In this document: positions 58,439 through 61,861 of the stretch, one piece after another
Position numbering within the stretch: position 1 is the stretch's first letter
Layout of the letters: each line of letters opens with the position of its first letter
Source: an uncultured Lentimicrobiaceae bacterium
Lineage (GTDB): Bacteria; Bacteroidota; Bacteroidia; Bacteroidales; F082
Assembly (NCBI GenBank): GCA_964455635.1
Contig: CAYVWX010000001.1
Span: 1-61,861, forward strand
Direction of reading: 5' to 3'
Length of the DNA: 61,861 nt
The notes under the pieces: model-generated
The model's input: the letters and a program-made list of their open reading frames with translations, nothing else
Told to the model about the DNA's origin: nothing
Database searches by the model: none
Translations under genes and position numbers: made by a program

Positions 58439-58573
58439 AGGCCAAAAGTAGTAAAATGAACCGAAGTTTCGGCTGTTGAGTCCCGAAGCTGAAAAATTAT
58501 TTCCATCAGGTTTTTTTTAGGGTGCCGTTTTATATTAATTTCACTATTTTTGGAGCTTATTAGCGAAGAATTT

Positions 58574-60373
58574 ATGGAGAATTTTATTGTATCGGCACGA
58601 AAGTACAGACCTTCAACTTTTAAACAGGTTGTAGGGCAGGAGTCAATTACGTCAACTTTGCAAAATGCCATTAAAAACAACCATGTGGCTCAGGCATTTT
58701 TGTTTACAGGCCCCAGGGGTGTGGGTAAAACCACCTGTGCCCGTATTTTAGCCAAAACCATTAACTGCCTGCATCCTACGGAGGATATGGAGCCCTGCAA
58801 CGAATGTGAATCGTGCGCCGCTTTTAACAACAATGCCTCTTTTAACATTCATGAACTGGATGCCGCTTCCAATAATTCGGTAGATGACATTCGCAATTTG
58901 GTCGATCAGGTTCGGATACCTCCGCAGGCCGGAAAATATAAGGTATATATTATTGATGAGGTTCATATGCTGTCGCAAGCTGCTTTCAATGCTTTTTTAA
59001 AGACTTTGGAAGAGCCGCCCGATTACGCCAAATTTATTTTGGCAACCACCGAAAAACATAAAATTCTGCCAACCATACTTTCCCGCTGTCAAATTTTCGA
59101 TTTTAAGCGGATTAGTGTTGACGATATTGCCGGTCATTTGGCATGGGTTGCCGAAAGCGAACATATTAACGTTGACAAGGAAGCCCTGCATGTTATCGCC
59201 CAAAAAGCCGACGGAGCTCTTCGCGATGCCCTTTCTACTTTCGACCAAATTGTAAGCTTTAGCGGTAACGCCATTACTTACAAAGATGTTATCGAAAACC
59301 TGAACATCCTCGATTACGAGTACTATTTTAAAGTGGTTGATTACATTTTAAACGGTGACACCTCAAACCTGCTGCTTATTTTTCATGAGATTCTTGAAAA
59401 TGGATTCGACGGGCAACATTTTATTACGGGTTTAAGTGAACACTTCAGACATTTGCTGGTGGTAAAAGATGCGGCAACCCTTAAGCTGCTTGAAGTGGGG
59501 CCGGCTCTTAAGGAAAAATACAAAAAACAATCGGAGCGTTGTAATGCAGGGTTTATTTTAAAGGCTTTGGATTTGACCAATAAATACGATTTGAGTTATA
59601 AAACCAGCAACCATAAAAAGCTGCATGTTGAAATTGCACTCATACAACTTTCTTCCATGCAGTGGACGCCCCAACAACAAACAGCACAGGTTGTTAGTAG
59701 TTCCGAAACTACTGAAACTGTTAAAACGGTAACCCGGAAAACCGAAACTGCCGCAGCCGGCAGGCAAGCTGACAGTACGGTGGCATCGGAGCCTGAAACA
59801 GCTTATAAAACCCCTGTTGTTAAATTGGAAAAGCCTGAAAAAGAACAAGCAGCGGAGCCAAAAGCCAAAATTAAAAAACAAGAGAGTCCAAAAAAGGGTT
59901 CACAAAACCATCATGAAGAGCGAACCATATCCAATGTATCGATAAAGTCAACCCTGGAATCGTTAAAAAGCAAAAAAGATAAGAATGTCGTTAATGAAAA
60001 AGTGGTTATTACCGAGTTTGGCCAGGAACAGTTGGAAGAAACCTGGAAACGGTTTGCCCGCGATTACAAGGCTAAATCGCCAACGTTTGGTACTGCTGTT
60101 GAAAAATATAAACCCGAATTAACCGAAGGCTATGTTGTAAATATGAAGGTGGACAATATGTTAATTGCCAAGGATGTGTTAAACATGGCTGCTTTGTTGG
60201 AGTTCCTGAAAAAAGAGCTTAACAACAATCAAATTACCATAAAACCGGTATTACCCGGAAAAAAGGAACGCAAGGTTGTGTTAACCGACCGGGAAAAATT
60301 TGAAGCCATGGCAAAAAAATATCCCGGAATTAAACAGCTGAAAGACCAGCTGAACCTTGAACTGGATATGTAA
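58574..60373 (+). CDS. dnaX: DNA polymerase III subunit gamma/tau
   Basis: Start at the ATG at 58574 (MENFIVSARKYRPSTF). Walker A GPRGVGKTT, DEVHML box, zinc module CLHPTEDMEPCNECESC, low-complexity linker, C-terminal tau-type domain. Confidence 0.95.
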   Translation: MENFIVSARKYRPSTFKQVVGQESITSTLQNAIKNNHVAQAFLFTGPRGVGKTTCARILAKTINCLHPTEDMEPCNECESCAAFNNNASFNIHELDAASNNSVDDIRNLVDQVRIPPQAGKYKVYIIDEVHMLSQAAFNAFLKTLEEPPDYAKFILATTEKHKILPTILSRCQIFDFKRISVDDIAGHLAWVAESEHINVDKEALHVIAQKADGALRDALSTFDQIVSFSGNAITYKDVIENLNILDYEYYFKVVDYILNGDTSNLLLIFHEILENGFDGQHFITGLSEHFRHLLVVKDAATLKLLEVGPALKEKYKKQSERCNAGFILKALDLTNKYDLSYKTSNHKKLHVEIALIQLSSMQWTPQQQTAQVVSSSETTETVKTVTRKTETAAAGRQADSTVASEPETAYKTPVVKLEKPEKEQAAEPKAKIKKQESPKKGSQNHHEERTISNVSIKSTLESLKSKKDKNVVNEKVVITEFGQEQLEETWKRFARDYKAKSPTFGTAVEKYKPELTEGYVVNMKVDNMLIAKDVLNMAALLEFLKKELNNNQITIKPVLPGKKERKVVLTDREKFEAMAKKYPGIKQLKDQLNLELDM

Positions 60374-60503
60374 TGCTGCTTGCATGGTAGTAAAATCAAA
60401 AATCGACTTTAAACAGCTTTATTTAGTACTTTTTATGGGCACTATTAAAACTTGCGCCTGGTGTTACATTATTTTTTACCTGAAAATATGCAAAATATGT
60501 GGT

Positions 60504-60521
60504 GAGGCAAGGGCCTCTTTT
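60504..60521 (+). terminator. weak terminator-like hairpin downstream of dnaX
   Basis: GAGGC-AAGG-GCCTC followed by TTTT. The stem is short. Confidence 0.3.
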
Positions 60522-60538
60522 GCCGGCCGTCTCTTTGT

Positions 60539-61390
60539 TTAGGCAGTTTGTTTTTTTCTAACAATCCAGACATCCTGTTGTGGTTTTGATGTATTTGATT
60601 GGCCGGAAATATGTTGCAGAATATCAAATTGGTTAAACAGTTTGGCGGTAAACTCTTTTGGATGAAATGCTGCAAAGGTACGGTGTCCCTCTTTTACATT
60701 GCCTCTGACTACAATATTGCCGTTATTATATTCGGCAAGTTCGCCGGCCGAAAGTTTAGGTATAAAGGCATCGCCATGCAGTGTCAACATCATTATTCCT
60801 CCGGGTTTTAGCAGTCGGTACAGTTCGGCCATCCATTCGTAGTGCATTTTTTCCGAAAGGTGGGTAAAAATAGAGATACCGTATATATAATCGAAGAAAT
60901 CATCATCGTACGGCAGTTCGGCCTCAAGGGTGTTAAGGTTAAAATCAATTTCCGGAAGGTTTGTTTTACACCAGTCGATAGAGGCTGCATTGTAATCGGT
61001 GCCAAAAACCCTGCTTTTTTCGTCTAAAAAACCGGGCAGGTGCCGAATAATTCTCCCGGGCCCGCATCCCCAGTCAAGAATGTTGTATGGACTGTTTGGA
61101 TTGTATTTTTTTAAAAAACTTAAAATCCATTGTGCCGACTCGCGACTTTTAAGATAATATTCTTCGTAATCAATTTGAAACGATTCGTAAATGTAATAGT
61201 CGGGAGGCAGTTTAACCTGTGGATAGTTTTTTTTAAACCGTTTGTTAGTTTTTCTGTTTTTTATTTTGTAAAAATAGTAGCGCAGTCTGTCGGTCAGATG
61301 CATCAATCCTGCCACTCTGAGATAATGAGAAACATCACCTTTATTTATCTTTTTCATGGGTTGGCAAAATGCTTTTGGAGTTTTATTCAA
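60539..61390 (-). CDS. class I SAM-dependent methyltransferase
   Basis: 283 aa. Motif [10 protein letters not shown] and a post-I acidic residue. The alternative ATG at 61357 would avoid the 8-nt overlap with glmS. Confidence 0.85.
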   Translation of the reverse strand: MNKTPKAFCQPMKKINKGDVSHYLRVAGLMHLTDRLRYYFYKIKNRKTNKRFKKNYPQVKLPPDYYIYESFQIDYEEYYLKSRESAQWILSFLKKYNPNSPYNILDWGCGPGRIIRHLPGFLDEKSRVFGTDYNAASIDWCKTNLPEIDFNLNTLEAELPYDDDFFDYIYGISIFTHLSEKMHYEWMAELYRLLKPGGIMMLTLHGDAFIPKLSAGELAEYNNGNIVVRGNVKEGHRTFAAFHPKEFTAKLFNQFDILQHISGQSNTSKPQQDVWIVRKKQTA

Positions 61391-61861
61391 CCGTTACCGA
61401 TTTGGCAAGATTCCGGGGTTGGTCAACGTTGCAGCCTCGCATCACGGCAATATAGTAAGCAAGCTTTTGCAGAGGTATTGAGGCCAGCAAGGGCACCAGC
61501 ATATCTTCGGTTTCCGGTATTTCAATTACATAATCGGCCATTTCACGCACCACTTTATCACCTTTGGTAACAATGGCAATAACATTTCCGTTACGGGCTT
61601 TTACCTCCTGAATGTTACTAACCACTTTATCATAAATAACGTTGTTGGTGGCAATAAATACCACCGGCATATTTTTATCAATTAAGGCAATGGGGCCGTG
61701 TTTCATTTCGGCGGCAGGGTATCCTTCGGCATGGATGTATGAAATTTCTTTCAGTTTTAAAGCGCCTTCAAGGGCAACCGGAAAGTTATAGCCGCGCCCC
61801 AGATACAAAAAGTTAGAAGCATCTTTGTACTCCCGGGCAATAAGCTTTGTAACACCACTGT
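61383..61861 (-). CDS. glmS: glutamine--fructose-6-phosphate aminotransferase, C-terminal part (5' end outside the window)
   Basis: The frame is open to the window edge. It contains [31 protein letters not shown] (SIS domain) and ends with the canonical NLAKSVTVE. Confidence 0.95.
   Translation of the reverse strand, partial: SGVTKLIAREYKDASNFLYLGRGYNFPVALEGALKLKEISYIHAEGYPAAEMKHGPIALIDKNMPVVFIATNNVIYDKVVSNIQEVKARNGNVIAIVTKGDKVVREMADYVIEIPETEDMLVPLLASIPLQKLAYYIAVMRGCNVDQPRNLAKSVTVE

Noticed and set aside
58439-58573. SRP (4.5S/ffs) RNA, which sits upstream of dnaX in several bacteria
   Set aside because: I found no conserved domain IV-like motif of the GGAAGCAGCC type and no long closing helix. 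The only structure is a short CCGAA/TTCGG hairpin.
60259-60265. Second in-phase A AAA AAG heptamer in dnaX (GGA AAA AAG)
   Set aside because: It lies only about 35 codons from the natural stop, so a frameshift there would not generate a gamma-like truncated product. It is kept as a caveat showing that such heptamers arise by chance in this Lys-rich gene.

Overview
This 61.9-kb window is a chromosomal segment from a Bacteroidota genome of the T9SS/gliding type. All family calls come from reading motifs in the supplied translations; no searches were run.

Gene content: about two thirds is core housekeeping.
- gcvH, the giant T9SS translocon gene sprA, ruvA, an acyl-CoA ligase, and recF with its DUF721 partner.
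- An NSS transporter, a CDF transporter and a DUF4956 + VTC-domain pair.
- A complete Bacteroidota-style dcw cluster on the minus strand, without murF or ddl: mraZ-rsmH-ftsL-ftsI-murE-mraY-murD-ftsW-murG-murC-ftsQ-ftsA-ftsZ.
- priA, tsf-rpsB, rpsI-rplM, dnaX, a methyltransferase and the 3' end of glmS.
- 40.4-58.4 kb looks more accessory. It holds three T9SS C-terminal-domain cargo genes: a choice-of-anchor-L/PKD adhesin, a BNR/Ycf48-like protein and an arylsulfotransferase-like protein.
- The same stretch also holds an ABC module with a degenerate ATPase, two beta-barrel OMPs, a TlpA-like thioredoxin and a FemAB-like/NodB-like gene pair.
- I recognised no tRNA, rRNA, CRISPR array, transposase, integrase or phage genes.

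Unusual signals: no obviously novel multi-gene protein system stands out, and the most unusual signals are non-coding.
1. A family of 21-23 bp tandem repeats occurs at two loci. One fills the mraY-murD spacer inside the dcw operon.
2. A 29-unit GGATTGR(N)A minisatellite lies in a promoter region.
3. A hairpin motif ending in CAGGGTAAA occurs four times, always on the + strand.
4. The start region of the arylsulfotransferase-like gene is duplicated twice upstream as decoy gene starts.

Other items worth a second look:
- A 34-codon ORF coupled to the NSS transporter.
- Candidate MraZ boxes.
- An E. coli-type A AAA AAG slippery heptamer in the dnaX linker.
- The uncharacterised DUF4956/VTC pair.
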